DNA of 64,000 nt, taken from Candidatus Peribacteria bacterium (GTDB taxonomy: Bacteria; Patescibacteriota; Gracilibacteria; Peribacterales; Peribacteraceae). The position numbers and the translations under genes are program-made. Of the stretch, positions 8,750 to 18,285 are shown piece after piece (the first letter of the stretch is position 1; each line of letters begins with the position of its first letter). The notes under the pieces were generated by a model. It did no database searches. It had not been told where the DNA came from and saw nothing but the letters and a program-made list of their open reading frames with translations. Where the stretch lies: NCBI GenBank assembly GCA_041691135.1, contig JBEPVF010000001.1:96001-160000 (forward strand). Direction: 5' to 3'.

Positions 8750-9604
8750 ATGCGACGCATCTCCTTTTCCTTTCTGGCTTTTGCTTTTGTCTGGTGCCTA
8801 TACGGCGTTGCCGCCCATCCGGTTGCGTATGCGTTCGATGTGCCGCCCAACGACGGATTTGTCACGGATCTGACGGGAAAATTAACGCCACAGCAGGAGC
8901 AGGATCTGGAGCAGAAGCTGACGGCGTATCGTCAGAAGACGAGCAATGAAATTGCCATTCTGTTCGTGAATAATTTGGGCGGCGAACCGATTGAGGATGT
9001 CGCTCTGCAAGTCGGTCGCAAATGGCAAGTGGGAACAAAGGAGAACAATAACGGCATCCTCATCGTGGTGTCATACGAAGATCGCAGCGTGTACATCGCG
9101 ACAGGTTACGGTTTGGAAGGCGCTGTGCCGGATATTGTGGCCAAGGGCGTGATCGATACGGATATGCTGCCGGCGTTTCGCGATGGAAAGTATTACGAAG
9201 GATTGGCGGCGGGGACTGATTCGCTCGAAAAACACATCGGCGGCGAATACACGGCGGATCGGTATGCGACGCAAGATGGACCGGGTTTGTGGGGCGTAGG
9301 CGTCGTTTTCTTTTTCATCTTCTTCAATTTCTTCACTGCGTACCTCGGCCGTTCCAAGTCGTGGTGGCTCGGCGGCGTGATGGGTGGAATTTTCGGTGTT
9401 TTTATCACGGCGCTCTATACCTGGTGGCTTGCGATTCCGCTTTTCATAGCTCTCGGTTTGATCTTCGATTTCATCGTCTCGAAAAATCCACGCGGGCCGG
9501 GTGGTCGCGGCGGTCGGGGCGGATGGGGTGGCGGCTTTGGCGGGGGATTCGGTGGCTTTAGCGGCGGGTCGTTCGGGGGTGGCGGGGCCGGTGGACGCTG
9601 GTGA
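8750..9604 (+). CDS. TPM domain (YgcG-like) membrane protein with Gly-rich tail
   Basis: NNGILIVV, TGYGLEGAVPD, GGSFGGGGAGGRW; usual lemA partner. Confidence 0.92.
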   Translation: MRRISFSFLAFAFVWCLYGVAAHPVAYAFDVPPNDGFVTDLTGKLTPQQEQDLEQKLTAYRQKTSNEIAILFVNNLGGEPIEDVALQVGRKWQVGTKENNNGILIVVSYEDRSVYIATGYGLEGAVPDIVAKGVIDTDMLPAFRDGKYYEGLAAGTDSLEKHIGGEYTADRYATQDGPGLWGVGVVFFFIFFNFFTAYLGRSKSWWLGGVMGGIFGVFITALYTWWLAIPLFIALGLIFDFIVSKNPRGPGGRGGRGGWGGGFGGGFGGFSGGSFGGGGAGGRW

Positions 9605-9701
9605 GCTTTCGGTGTGTGATTCCTCAGAAAACGGCTGAATTCACAAGACAGTTCCATTGGCTCAGCGAGCGATTTGGGGCACGATAATGAACGAATTGCC
9701 C

Positions 9702-10652
9702 ATGCGATACCCTCTTCTTCTTGTCGGCGCCTCCGTTCTGGTTCTTACGGCCTGCGTCTCGCATCAGGGTTTGCCGGCGGATCAGGTTCTAAAAAAAGCT
9801 GCCGGCGTGGGACAGAATCTTGAGTCAGCCGATTTTGATGGCGTCGTTGATTTTAACTGGAAACAAGGAGCGGCCTCGTACATGTTCCATCTTATTCTCA
9901 ATGGCACGCTCAATAATGCGGGACGTGATACGCAACTTGGCGTCGCGGCAACCGGCACCATTCGCGATGCAACGCAGTCGTACGACATAGATGCGAACGT
10001 ACAAACCATTTCGCTCGACAACGGAGAAAACGTCTACCTTAAGCTCGACAAACTGGATACATCACCGGCGTATCCGCCCCTCAGTGGCAAGCAACTGCTT
10101 TCGTTTATGAACCGCTGGTGGAAACTGCCATCGGATAAAAAACCGGCCGACGCGCAGGCCATCACCCCCGATCCGCGCTTGCTCCGTGCTCAAACCGAAA
10201 TAGTATCGGTGACTAGCGATCATGGGATCCGTTCGGTCGACGGCCACAACGTGTACATGTATGACGTGACAATCGATCATGCGAAGCTGGCGGCTTTCCT
10301 GCGCACGTTGGCCACGCAGAATGCACAGGCTTTCGACGAGAGCCAAACCGAAGCTTTCTGGCAAATGTTCGACGCCAAGGGTTCACTCGAAATCAATGCC
10401 GACACGTTTGCCATCGAGCAATTGACATGGAAGCTCGAACCAACCAAGGGCTCCGAAGTACCGGCCATTACCTTCACCATTCATTTCTCCAATCAGAATC
10501 ATGCGGCCAACATCGCAGCGCCGCCTGATTACACGGTCTATACCAGTACGTTGCTTCCTCAAACCGAGGCTTCTCAATCGGAAGCATCCGCATCGTCGTC
10601 AATCTCCTCAGGAGCATCTTCACGTGTAACAAGTTCGTTTTCTTCCCGTTGA
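9702..10652 (+). CDS. Putative lipoprotein, possibly LolA/LppX-like fold
   Basis: Lipobox LTAC after a hydrophobic stretch; beta-rich body; I.AP motif near the end; Ser-rich tail. Confidence 0.6.
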   Translation: MRYPLLLVGASVLVLTACVSHQGLPADQVLKKAAGVGQNLESADFDGVVDFNWKQGAASYMFHLILNGTLNNAGRDTQLGVAATGTIRDATQSYDIDANVQTISLDNGENVYLKLDKLDTSPAYPPLSGKQLLSFMNRWWKLPSDKKPADAQAITPDPRLLRAQTEIVSVTSDHGIRSVDGHNVYMYDVTIDHAKLAAFLRTLATQNAQAFDESQTEAFWQMFDAKGSLEINADTFAIEQLTWKLEPTKGSEVPAITFTIHFSNQNHAANIAAPPDYTVYTSTLLPQTEASQSEASASSSISSGASSRVTSSFSSR

Positions 10653-10654
10653 CC

Positions 10655-12742
10655 ATGGCTGACGAAAAACTTGTGCCGGCTGCAGATGCCAATCCTTCTC
10701 AGGGCGGCCCGGTGCTCGACGGACTGACGGCCGAAAAGAAAGTATCTACCGCGCCATCGTTGCCATCGTCTGATGTTTCCGGAAAAGAGGTATCGCGCGC
10801 CAAGCATTTTTTACTGATGGTCGGCGGCGGTATCTACACGCTGTACGTACTGTGGTGCATGTTCCTTTTGTCGGTGTTGCCGACGAGCGGCCCGTTGCGA
10901 TCACTCGTGGGAGCAGGCCTCTTGTCAGCCATTGTGGCGGCAGCCGTGTTGCTCGGTGTCGGGTTCGTTGCCATGCAACGCATTGCGAAGTCCGATGTGT
11001 CGAATGCGACCCGCACGCGCAGCCTCATCAAAACGGTAGCGGTGGTGGCCCCGGGTTTATTGCTCAGTGCAGCTGTTCCACTGCTCATCTCTCGCGCACC
11101 GCCGCTGTGGATCGATATCGTGGATCCTGCCAATGCCCAGGACTTTGTGGCGCCGTTGGCCGTGACATTCTCGGCCGAAAGTGCGGTGAAGGAGTTGCAG
11201 CAGGAAGGACTGAAGCCGATCCATTTTGCGTGGGATTTTGACGCAGATGGAAAACCGAATGACGATACGGTCGTTCCGACATCGACAGGAATTTTCAATA
11301 AACAGGGAATATACGTCGTATCGGTACATATTGATTTGGCTGGCGGCAGCAGCCGAACGATCAGCACTCGTTTCACTATTCCCAGTGCGGTCTTTTCGGT
11401 ATCGCCCATCAAACCTATTGTGGAGCGGCCGGTAAAATTCAGCGTCAGTGATCTACTGTCCGCTCCGGAGTCACTCAAACAGATTCAGTGGGATTTTGAC
11501 GGCGATGGAACAGTGGACGAAACATCGACGAAACCCGAGACGGTCCATACCTATTACGCCGTGGGTCAGTACGCCGTGACGGCCACCTTGCAATTGGCGA
11601 ATCAGAGTCAGACGACATTCAAGCGACAAATTGATGTCGAAGTTGCTCCGCCGTTGCCCTTTCCTATAACGTTGACCAGTGACCCGGCAACGCTCGTCGG
11701 TCCGGCACCGTTCGGTGCCAGCTTCCGCATCACAACGGATGAACCGCTGCGCGAGATCGAATGGTCGTATGGCGACAATAAAGATGAACGGGGTGCCAAT
11801 CTTAAACGTGTGCTCCACTCGTGGGGAGTGACGGGCATTTATCCGGTGACGGTGAAGGCACGATCGGCCAGCGGATCGCTTGCCGAACTGTCGACGCTTG
11901 TGCGTGTCACCGACACATTGCAATTGTCGGACTTGAATTTTGAGGGAACGCCGGCGATGGATAACAGCGATACGATTCAGGGCGAAGCCCCGCTCACACT
12001 GCAACTGACACCGTCGACGAATACGCCACTCGTCCAATTTTCGTGGGAAGCGCCGGATGCCAGTGTGTTCAGTGCGACGGGCGCGGCATTGCACGCGATC
12101 TATCGCAAAGAGGGAAATTACAAACTCACGCTGGTGGCGCAGGATCCCGAAGGCAGCGCTATGCGAAAGGTCATCACCGTCAAAGTCCTACCGCCGGCTG
12201 CGCTGCCGGTTATCGATATCCGGCCGGAGTCCGGTGAAGCGCCACTCAAGATCACCTTCGACGGTTCGAATTCGTTCGTCCCTCAAGGAGAGAAGATCGC
12301 CGGTTTCGAATGGACGTTTGGTGACGAGGATCAGGGGACGAAGCCGGAACTTGGCGTGGCACGTACCGAACACCTCTACGTGAAGCCCGGTGAGTATCAG
12401 GTGCAATTGCGCATTGTGATGGCTTCGGGAGCTGATGCAAAGGCCACTCGCACGATCGTCATTCGTCGACCGGCGCTTACCGCCTGTATTACGGCCAGTC
12501 GCTTACAATTGCAGGTAGGCCAGGGCGTGGAGTTCAATTCCTCATGTTCCACCGGTATTCCCACCAGTTACCTGTGGGATGTACGATCCGACACGCAACC
12601 CGATGTCGTGTTGGCGCAAAGTCCTTCCGCCAAATATGTCTACGCCTTCGATAGTCCCGGTTCGTACAAGGTTAACCTCACCATCAAGGATGACTGGGGC
12701 AACCAGGATACGAAATCTCTTTCCATTACCGTCACACCATGA
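10655..12742 (+). CDS. Membrane-anchored multi-PKD-domain surface protein
   Basis: Three N-terminal TM helices; repeated WDFDGDG/WSYGD/WTFGD and Y..PG.Y.V.L PKD motifs. Confidence 0.88.
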   Translation: MADEKLVPAADANPSQGGPVLDGLTAEKKVSTAPSLPSSDVSGKEVSRAKHFLLMVGGGIYTLYVLWCMFLLSVLPTSGPLRSLVGAGLLSAIVAAAVLLGVGFVAMQRIAKSDVSNATRTRSLIKTVAVVAPGLLLSAAVPLLISRAPPLWIDIVDPANAQDFVAPLAVTFSAESAVKELQQEGLKPIHFAWDFDADGKPNDDTVVPTSTGIFNKQGIYVVSVHIDLAGGSSRTISTRFTIPSAVFSVSPIKPIVERPVKFSVSDLLSAPESLKQIQWDFDGDGTVDETSTKPETVHTYYAVGQYAVTATLQLANQSQTTFKRQIDVEVAPPLPFPITLTSDPATLVGPAPFGASFRITTDEPLREIEWSYGDNKDERGANLKRVLHSWGVTGIYPVTVKARSASGSLAELSTLVRVTDTLQLSDLNFEGTPAMDNSDTIQGEAPLTLQLTPSTNTPLVQFSWEAPDASVFSATGAALHAIYRKEGNYKLTLVAQDPEGSAMRKVITVKVLPPAALPVIDIRPESGEAPLKITFDGSNSFVPQGEKIAGFEWTFGDEDQGTKPELGVARTEHLYVKPGEYQVQLRIVMASGADAKATRTIVIRRPALTACITASRLQLQVGQGVEFNSSCSTGIPTSYLWDVRSDTQPDVVLAQSPSAKYVYAFDSPGSYKVNLTIKDDWGNQDTKSLSITVTP

Positions 12743-12831
12743 AGCGCAAGAATCTCATTCGCATAGCTGCCGTCGCCGGTATCGTCGCTATTGTAGCCGG
12801 TGCGTTGCTGCCGACACTCATGAATTTGTAA
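12739..12831 (+). CDS. 30-aa single-TM peptide translationally coupled to the PKD gene
   Basis: ATGA overlap; MKRKNLIRIAAVAGIVAIVAGALLPTLMNL*. Confidence 0.55.
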   Translation: MKRKNLIRIAAVAGIVAIVAGALLPTLMNL

Positions 12832-12855
12832 GACAAGCCGTGGGGGCGGCTTGGG

Positions 12856-13128
12856 TTAGGGGGTAATGCAGTCTGACAGTTTTACGGCGGGAACCTCGGC
12901 TTCCCCGATCGTTTCGGAAAGGGAAACAGTCAAGATGTGCCGGTCCACGACAACTTTGAGCTCTGACACATAAATCGTGCCAAGATCGAACGATGTCGTC
13001 TTTCCTTCTGGCAACATCGCTGTCAGGACGTTGTGTTCCTCGACTTCGTGGATCGTGAGATCGATCAAGGTCCTATCCTCACCCCGATTGTAGCCATTGA
13101 TCCAAATACCGACTGCCTTTTTCTTCAT
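12856..13128 (-). CDS. Hypothetical protein, 90 aa
   Basis: MKKKAVGIW... preceded by an AAAGGA SD-like site. Confidence 0.5.
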   Translation of the reverse strand: MKKKAVGIWINGYNRGEDRTLIDLTIHEVEEHNVLTAMLPEGKTTSFDLGTIYVSELKVVVDRHILTVSLSETIGEAEVPAVKLSDCITP

Positions 13129-13198
13129 CGTACTATTCCTTTCTGCCCCCACGGCATCCTCCCTCCAAAAAGAGAGGATGGATAGAGACATAAATGCT

Positions 13199-13227
13199 GC
13201 CGCACGCTCCGGAGTGGAGCGTGCGGC
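13199..13227. other. Perfect 12-bp GC-rich hairpin
   Basis: GCCGCACGCTCC-ggagt-GGAGCGTGCGGC, with no U-tract on either side. Confidence 0.6.
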
Positions 13228-13590
13228 GAACCCTGGAACAGTAGGAAAATATCATGAGACGACGAGCATCCGACGGGTCCATTCGTTGATTGTTTCGAAA
13301 CGAATGTACGCTTCCGGATGGATCTGTCGTGGAAGGCGGAAACGCGGCGGAAAATCGGACCGCCGGTCCGAGAGGACATGGTTGGCCCAGTTCCTCAGAA
13401 GCCAGAAGTGATCGACCTCCAGCTGTCTGCAGACAGCATTAATCGAGTCACCGTCGACAACGATACCGCTTCGATGATTACTTCGGACTGTCATAAATTT
13501 GCTCCTTGGATAGTTCCAGGGTAATTGGGGTGGAATGCTGACTCGTTTGAATCAGCATCTTTCCCCGCATCGGTGATGACAAAGAACTAC

Positions 13591-13748
13591 GAAAAATCTC
13601 CCGCGGGGAAGGGAGGCGATTCGCAGTTCAGAGTCGTTGCGAGTTTACAGCCCCCCTTCCGCCGTAAGGCAGAGTGCGAGGAGGCCGAGAGTGTTGATAC
13701 GAGAATGCATGTCTGGGCAAATTCTATTTATGATTTATAGGATGTCAA
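13591..13748 (-). promoter_or_regulatory. Promoter plus putative attenuator-like leader (Leu-rich peptide at 13710-13645)
   Basis: TTGACA-N16-TAGAAT; MHSRINTLGLLALCLTAEGGL*; alternative hairpins ending in CTCCC..GGGAG-ATTTTT. Confidence 0.45.
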
Positions 13749-13792
13749 ATTGCCCAAAGCTGCATGTAGATATTTTAGCTTCCAGAAGCCAT

Positions 13793-14800
13793 TTATATGA
13801 CTACTGTTTCCAATGGAATCGAAGCGGATGTTTCGAAAGAATCATACGCAGCATCCCCTTGTAGAAAAAATCCTGCCGCTGCGATCATGGCTGCGTTATC
13901 AGTACAGTAGGCGAGAGCGGTGGGTGTTCTGACTACGAGAGTTGGATCAACAATTTCGCGAAGCATCGTTCTGAGTCGTTGATTCGCCGACACACCGCCG
14001 ACGATATGGACTTCGCGCACGTTGGGATATGTAGTGAGTGCATGAACCAAGCGGTCAGTCAGATGATTACAAATGGCGAGCTCATACGAAGCTGCGACAT
14101 CTTGTTTGTTCAGTGTATCGCCCAGGCCACGAAGCAAATATCGCAGTGACGTTTTGAGACCCGAAAAACTGAAATCAAAAGAATCATCTGCTTTGAGCGG
14201 CAATGGAAAATCGTGAGCATGCGTATTCCCGTCCTGTGCCAAGCGGGCCAAATGCGGCCCGCCGGGGTAGGGGAGTCCGAGCATGCTTGCACCTTTGTCG
14301 AACGCTTCACCTGCGGCGTCATCACGCGTGCGCCCCAAAAGTTTTCCATTCAGATGGCTCGTTCGATACCACAGATCCGTGTGACCACCGGAAACAGAGA
14401 GCGTGAGAATGGGAAATACAGGAGTCGATTCACTCGCCAACCAGGTTGAACTTAGATGACCGAATGTGTGGTGTACGCCGATGAGCGGCTGGTTCCACGC
14501 GGAAGCGAGGACTCGAGCGGTGGTTGTACCGACGAGCAATGAACCAAGCAAACCTGGTCCGCGGGTTACAGCAATCGCATCTAGATCGGATGGTTTGATG
14601 TCAGCTTCTTTCAGCGCCTGATTGACGATCGGAATCATGCACTCGATCATCATGCGTGCGGCTTGTTCGGGGATCACGCCCGCCAGCTCAGCGAATGTTT
14701 TCTGTGAACTGGCGATCACCGAACTGAGCACAATCTGACCGTCTTCGACGACCGAGGCCGCCGTTTCGTCGCACGATGTTTCGATGCCTAAGATACGCAT
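13793..14800 (-). CDS. tsaD: tRNA t6A threonylcarbamoyltransferase TsaD
   Basis: ILGIETSCDET, GPGL.GSL, SGGHT, DDAAGEAFDK, FSFSGLKT, CTDNAAMIA. Confidence 0.97.
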   Translation of the reverse strand: MRILGIETSCDETAASVVEDGQIVLSSVIASSQKTFAELAGVIPEQAARMMIECMIPIVNQALKEADIKPSDLDAIAVTRGPGLLGSLLVGTTTARVLASAWNQPLIGVHHTFGHLSSTWLASESTPVFPILTLSVSGGHTDLWYRTSHLNGKLLGRTRDDAAGEAFDKGASMLGLPYPGGPHLARLAQDGNTHAHDFPLPLKADDSFDFSFSGLKTSLRYLLRGLGDTLNKQDVAASYELAICNHLTDRLVHALTTYPNVREVHIVGGVSANQRLRTMLREIVDPTLVVRTPTALAYCTDNAAMIAAAGFFLQGDAAYDSFETSASIPLETVVI

Positions 14801-14886
14801 AGGGGCGAATCATAACATTCTTTATTGGCTGGATATTCATATTTTTTGAGAATTGCCAAGTTAAGAGAATCGGTTACCATAGATAT

Positions 14887-15279
14887 ATGGACATAAAATT
14901 AGAGACAGCTCCTGGACAAGAAGAAGTAGAATGTATTGAATTTTACTGCGTTTCAGATAAGCCTTTTGGCTTGCATTTGAGTACAGCGGGTCGATTGGCA
15001 AGAGGTGTGGCTGACATATTATTGAAGGGAGCAGAAGCTGAAATAAAAGTCTCTGAACACACAGCAAACGCATCGAGTATTCTGGGAGTCATGAGTCTTC
15101 GTATTGCTGAAGATATGCCATTTACCATCACGCTTAAAGGACCAGCAATACTTGTTCATCAAAACCGCCTAAGCGTGGAACGGCTTTTGCGAGGTATGGA
15201 TTTGCTTAGGCGCCATACCCCTCGAGTAGTAGTTCTTTGTACGCTTCGCATACGCTATGCTGTGGCACAGTTCGCATGA
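14887..15279 (+). CDS. HPr-family phosphocarrier-like protein (divergent)
   Basis: GLHLSTA (His15 site) and NASSILGVMSL (Ser46 site); TTGCCA-N16-TACCAT promoter ending 6 nt before the ATG. Confidence 0.65.
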   Translation: MDIKLETAPGQEEVECIEFYCVSDKPFGLHLSTAGRLARGVADILLKGAEAEIKVSEHTANASSILGVMSLRIAEDMPFTITLKGPAILVHQNRLSVERLLRGMDLLRRHTPRVVVLCTLRIRYAVAQFA

Positions 15280-16088
15280 TTGCCTTCTTTCCTTCCCGCA
15301 TCGTCGCGCTCCAGATCGGCAGTTTTCAAGTGCACTGGTACGGCATCATGTATCTGCTGTCGTTCATTCTCGCTTATGTGCTGCTTCCGATTTTGCAAAG
15401 ATACAGAAAGCTGATTCTGACCCGGGATCAGTGGTCGACCATTTTGTCATGGGGAATCATCGGCGTCATCGTCGGCGGACGGCTCGGCTACATTCTTTTT
15501 TACGAGCCGGTGTATTATTTTCAACATCCGGAAAAAATTCTGGCCGTCTGGGAGGGCGGCATGGCATCGCATGGCGGCTTTATCGGTGTGTCGCTGGCGA
15601 TGTGGTACGTGATGCGGAAGATAAAAATTCCAGCCGGGTCACTGGCTGATACGATTGTCGTGCCCGTTGCCATCGGTTTGGCATTCGGACGTTTGGGGAA
15701 TTTCATCAATCAGGAACTCTATGGCTATGTAACGACATTGCCATGGGGCATCAGTATTCCCGGTGTCGAAGGCTTGCGGCATCCGACACAGATTTACGAG
15801 ATGATCGGTGATCTTGCGACTGCAGCCCTCTGCTTTGTGCATCTCCGAATATCTCAGCAACCGCCGTACGGCAAAACGTGCGCACTGTTTCTGATGTCGT
15901 ATGGTGTCGTACGGTACCTGGTCGAAATGGTACGCGTCCCGGATCACTCGGTTGTGCATATTGGATCAATGATGCTCACTCGCGGGCAACTCTATACGAT
16001 TCCGATCTTCCTCGTCGGCCTGGGTCTGTGGCTTTGGTTATCACGCACCAAAAACATCACGCCATCAAAAGCGACAATTGCTCGTTGA
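15276..16088 (+). CDS. lgt: Prolipoprotein diacylglyceryl transferase
   Basis: HWYGIMY, GGRLGY, WEGGMASHGG, GRLGNFINQELYG, RHPTQIYE. Confidence 0.97.
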   Translation: MIAFFPSRIVALQIGSFQVHWYGIMYLLSFILAYVLLPILQRYRKLILTRDQWSTILSWGIIGVIVGGRLGYILFYEPVYYFQHPEKILAVWEGGMASHGGFIGVSLAMWYVMRKIKIPAGSLADTIVVPVAIGLAFGRLGNFINQELYGYVTTLPWGISIPGVEGLRHPTQIYEMIGDLATAALCFVHLRISQQPPYGKTCALFLMSYGVVRYLVEMVRVPDHSVVHIGSMMLTRGQLYTIPIFLVGLGLWLWLSRTKNITPSKATIAR

Positions 16089-16719
16089 GAATATTTCTGA
16101 GGAATGACCTGCGATGCAAAGGGCATGGCCCGTGTTTCATGATGCGTAACCGATGCACTTCAGCACCGTATCCTTTATGCTCGTGAAAGAGATAATCAGG
16201 ATAGGTGTGATGCCATTCTTTCATCAAACGGTCGCGCGTCACTTTGGCGATAATGGATCCGGCGGCAATGCACGGGTGTATGGAATCTCCGCGAATGACA
16301 GACGTATGCGGGCAATCAAAATGAAACGCATCGCGGCCATCGATGAGCAATGAGGTGGGTTGTATGTTCGTACGCAGTTCATCGAGTGCCAATTGCATTG
16401 CCTGTTCCGTTGCGCGCAGTATGCCATGCGTATCAATCGCAACATTATCGACAATGCCCACCCCGAATGCACAGTGTTCCACAATCCATGTGTACGCCAC
16501 ATCTCGTTGCTCAGGGCTCAGCATTTTGCTGTCGGCAATCAAACAGTCGGCATCTGCAGGGCGCCGGACATAAGGTGACCAGCAGGGGATATGACTACGT
16601 CTCTTGGTAAGTATATTCGGGAGAATGACGGCACCGGCGACTACCGGGCCGGCCAACGCTCCGCGTCCGGCTTCATCGATGCCGGCAATCCGCTCACTCG
16701 TAACAACCGTACTGTCCAT
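16057..16719 (-). CDS. rnhB: Ribonuclease HII
   Basis: GIDEAGRGALAGPVVA, DSK, IAAGSIIAKVTRD, HKGYG, HRRSF. Confidence 0.97.
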   Translation of the reverse strand: MDSTVVTSERIAGIDEAGRGALAGPVVAGAVILPNILTKRRSHIPCWSPYVRRPADADCLIADSKMLSPEQRDVAYTWIVEHCAFGVGIVDNVAIDTHGILRATEQAMQLALDELRTNIQPTSLLIDGRDAFHFDCPHTSVIRGDSIHPCIAAGSIIAKVTRDRLMKEWHHTYPDYLFHEHKGYGAEVHRLRIMKHGPCPLHRRSFLRNILNEQLSLLMA

Positions 16720-16807
16720 GGTTGTGCATGCTAGCAGGATTCATTGTGCCAAAAAGGTATTTTACAATTAATTAAAAATGTTGTATAATACAATAACAAT
16801 GATAGTG

Positions 16808-17032
16808 ATGGATCAAACAACGGTTTCGACTCAAAAAACGAAGAAGAAGTTTTCTATCGTACGCAAACATCATGCGACAGTAGAAGAGTTTAATGTGTGG
16901 TACTTGAGAACCGGCGGGTGGGTCGTGCCGGTGATCGCCATCATGACCTTCACCAGGGTTTTTGAAACATTGCAAAAATCAGACTCGCCGGCGGCCCAAA
17001 AAATATTACGCTTTGCCAAGCGTTCGCAGTAA
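16808..17032 (+). CDS. Small hypothetical protein
   Basis: ORF behind TTTACA-N17-TATAAT (16761-16789). Confidence 0.45.
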   Translation: MDQTTVSTQKTKKKFSIVRKHHATVEEFNVWYLRTGGWVVPVIAIMTFTRVFETLQKSDSPAAQKILRFAKRSQ

Positions 17033-18283
17033 GTCCCGAGTGATGGCCCGCTCATCCCACGGGATGCGGCCTTCCAATTTTGTCATAGTCGAGAACGGAC
17101 CCATACCGCAGATTGCGACCGCGTCGCCCGGCTTGGCAGCGCGCAGCAGAAAGTCGATCGCCTGGCGACGGTCGAAGATTTTGTGTGCATCACATTTTCG
17201 CTGATCGATACCGGCCCATACTTCTTCCAGGACTGTATGGGGATTCTCACCGTAGGTTTCGTCTTCGGTGGCAACTACTACATCGGCAAGCTCGCTGCAC
17301 ACATGTCCGATCTCCGGACGTTTCTCGCGCATACGGTTGCCACAGCTGCTGCAGAGAACCAGCACACGTCCGGCTTCGCCGACGATCTGACGCAGAGTTT
17401 GGAGGGTCTTGTAATACGCCTGCGGTGATACGGCGAAGTCGACATACACGCTGAATGGCTGGTCTTCGTCGATGCGTTCCAGACGGCCGGGCAATCCCGT
17501 GAAGGTAGAGAGAGCCGCGATCGATTGTTCGATGGGAATGTTGAGGGCAAAGCAACAGGAAACAGCGCACTGCGCATTCTCGATGTTGAATACGCCGGGC
17601 AGATGTAAACTCAAATGGAATTCGTGGTCACGATAATGCAGCGTCGCCTCGGAACCGCCGACAGTGGTCTGCACGTCCGTTGCCCACAGATCCGCATTTT
17701 CGTCATTGTAGACGAGCGTCTTCACGGTCGGAATTTTTGCGTACAGTCTGTAGCTCGGGTCCCCGCCGTTGAGTATTTTTGCCCCGGCGCTGCGCAACAT
17801 GGCAAAAATGAGTCCCTTGTCGGCGCGGTACTGATCCATAGTCCGGTGATAATCCAAATGTTCCATGCTTGTGTTGGTGATGGCCGATACCTGCGGCCAT
17901 GTGTAAGAAACGCGTCCCTGTACCAGACCGTGCGATGACATTTCAATCACGGCGTGCGTACAACCCTCGCGGACCATTCGGCGCAATAACTCCTGCAGCC
18001 GAAACGGACTGAGTGATGTCAGATGCGTATCATTCGGCACGATCACATCCTTGATGCGCAAAAATGCGGTGGAAGCGGCACCTACTTTCACGCCGAGTGC
18101 ATGCAGAATATGTGCAGTCATACCCACCGTCGTGGTTTTACCATCCGTACCGGTAATGCCGATCACCGTCAGGTTACGTGCCGGAAATCCATAGCGCGCC
18201 GCGGCCACAAATGCTTTGGTACGATGCCAACCGAGGCGAAGCGGATGCCGTTGGGGAATCAATTTCTGAAGCGAATTGAGCAT
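17006..18283 (-). CDS. murE: UDP-MurNAc-tripeptide synthetase (MurE-like Mur ligase)
   Basis: GITGTDGKTTT, EMSSHG, TN...EHLDYH, PGRLE, GDAV. Confidence 0.85.
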   Translation of the reverse strand: MLNSLQKLIPQRHPLRLGWHRTKAFVAAARYGFPARNLTVIGITGTDGKTTTVGMTAHILHALGVKVGAASTAFLRIKDVIVPNDTHLTSLSPFRLQELLRRMVREGCTHAVIEMSSHGLVQGRVSYTWPQVSAITNTSMEHLDYHRTMDQYRADKGLIFAMLRSAGAKILNGGDPSYRLYAKIPTVKTLVYNDENADLWATDVQTTVGGSEATLHYRDHEFHLSLHLPGVFNIENAQCAVSCCFALNIPIEQSIAALSTFTGLPGRLERIDEDQPFSVYVDFAVSPQAYYKTLQTLRQIVGEAGRVLVLCSSCGNRMREKRPEIGHVCSELADVVVATEDETYGENPHTVLEEVWAGIDQRKCDAHKIFDRRQAIDFLLRAAKPGDAVAICGMGPFSTMTKLEGRIPWDERAITRDLLRTLGKA

Positions 18284-18285
18284 AC

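Noticed and set aside
13590-13650. tmRNA tag region suggested by TAAACTCGCAACGAC
   Set aside because: No tRNA-like ends, and the frame does not end in an Ala-Ala-type tag.
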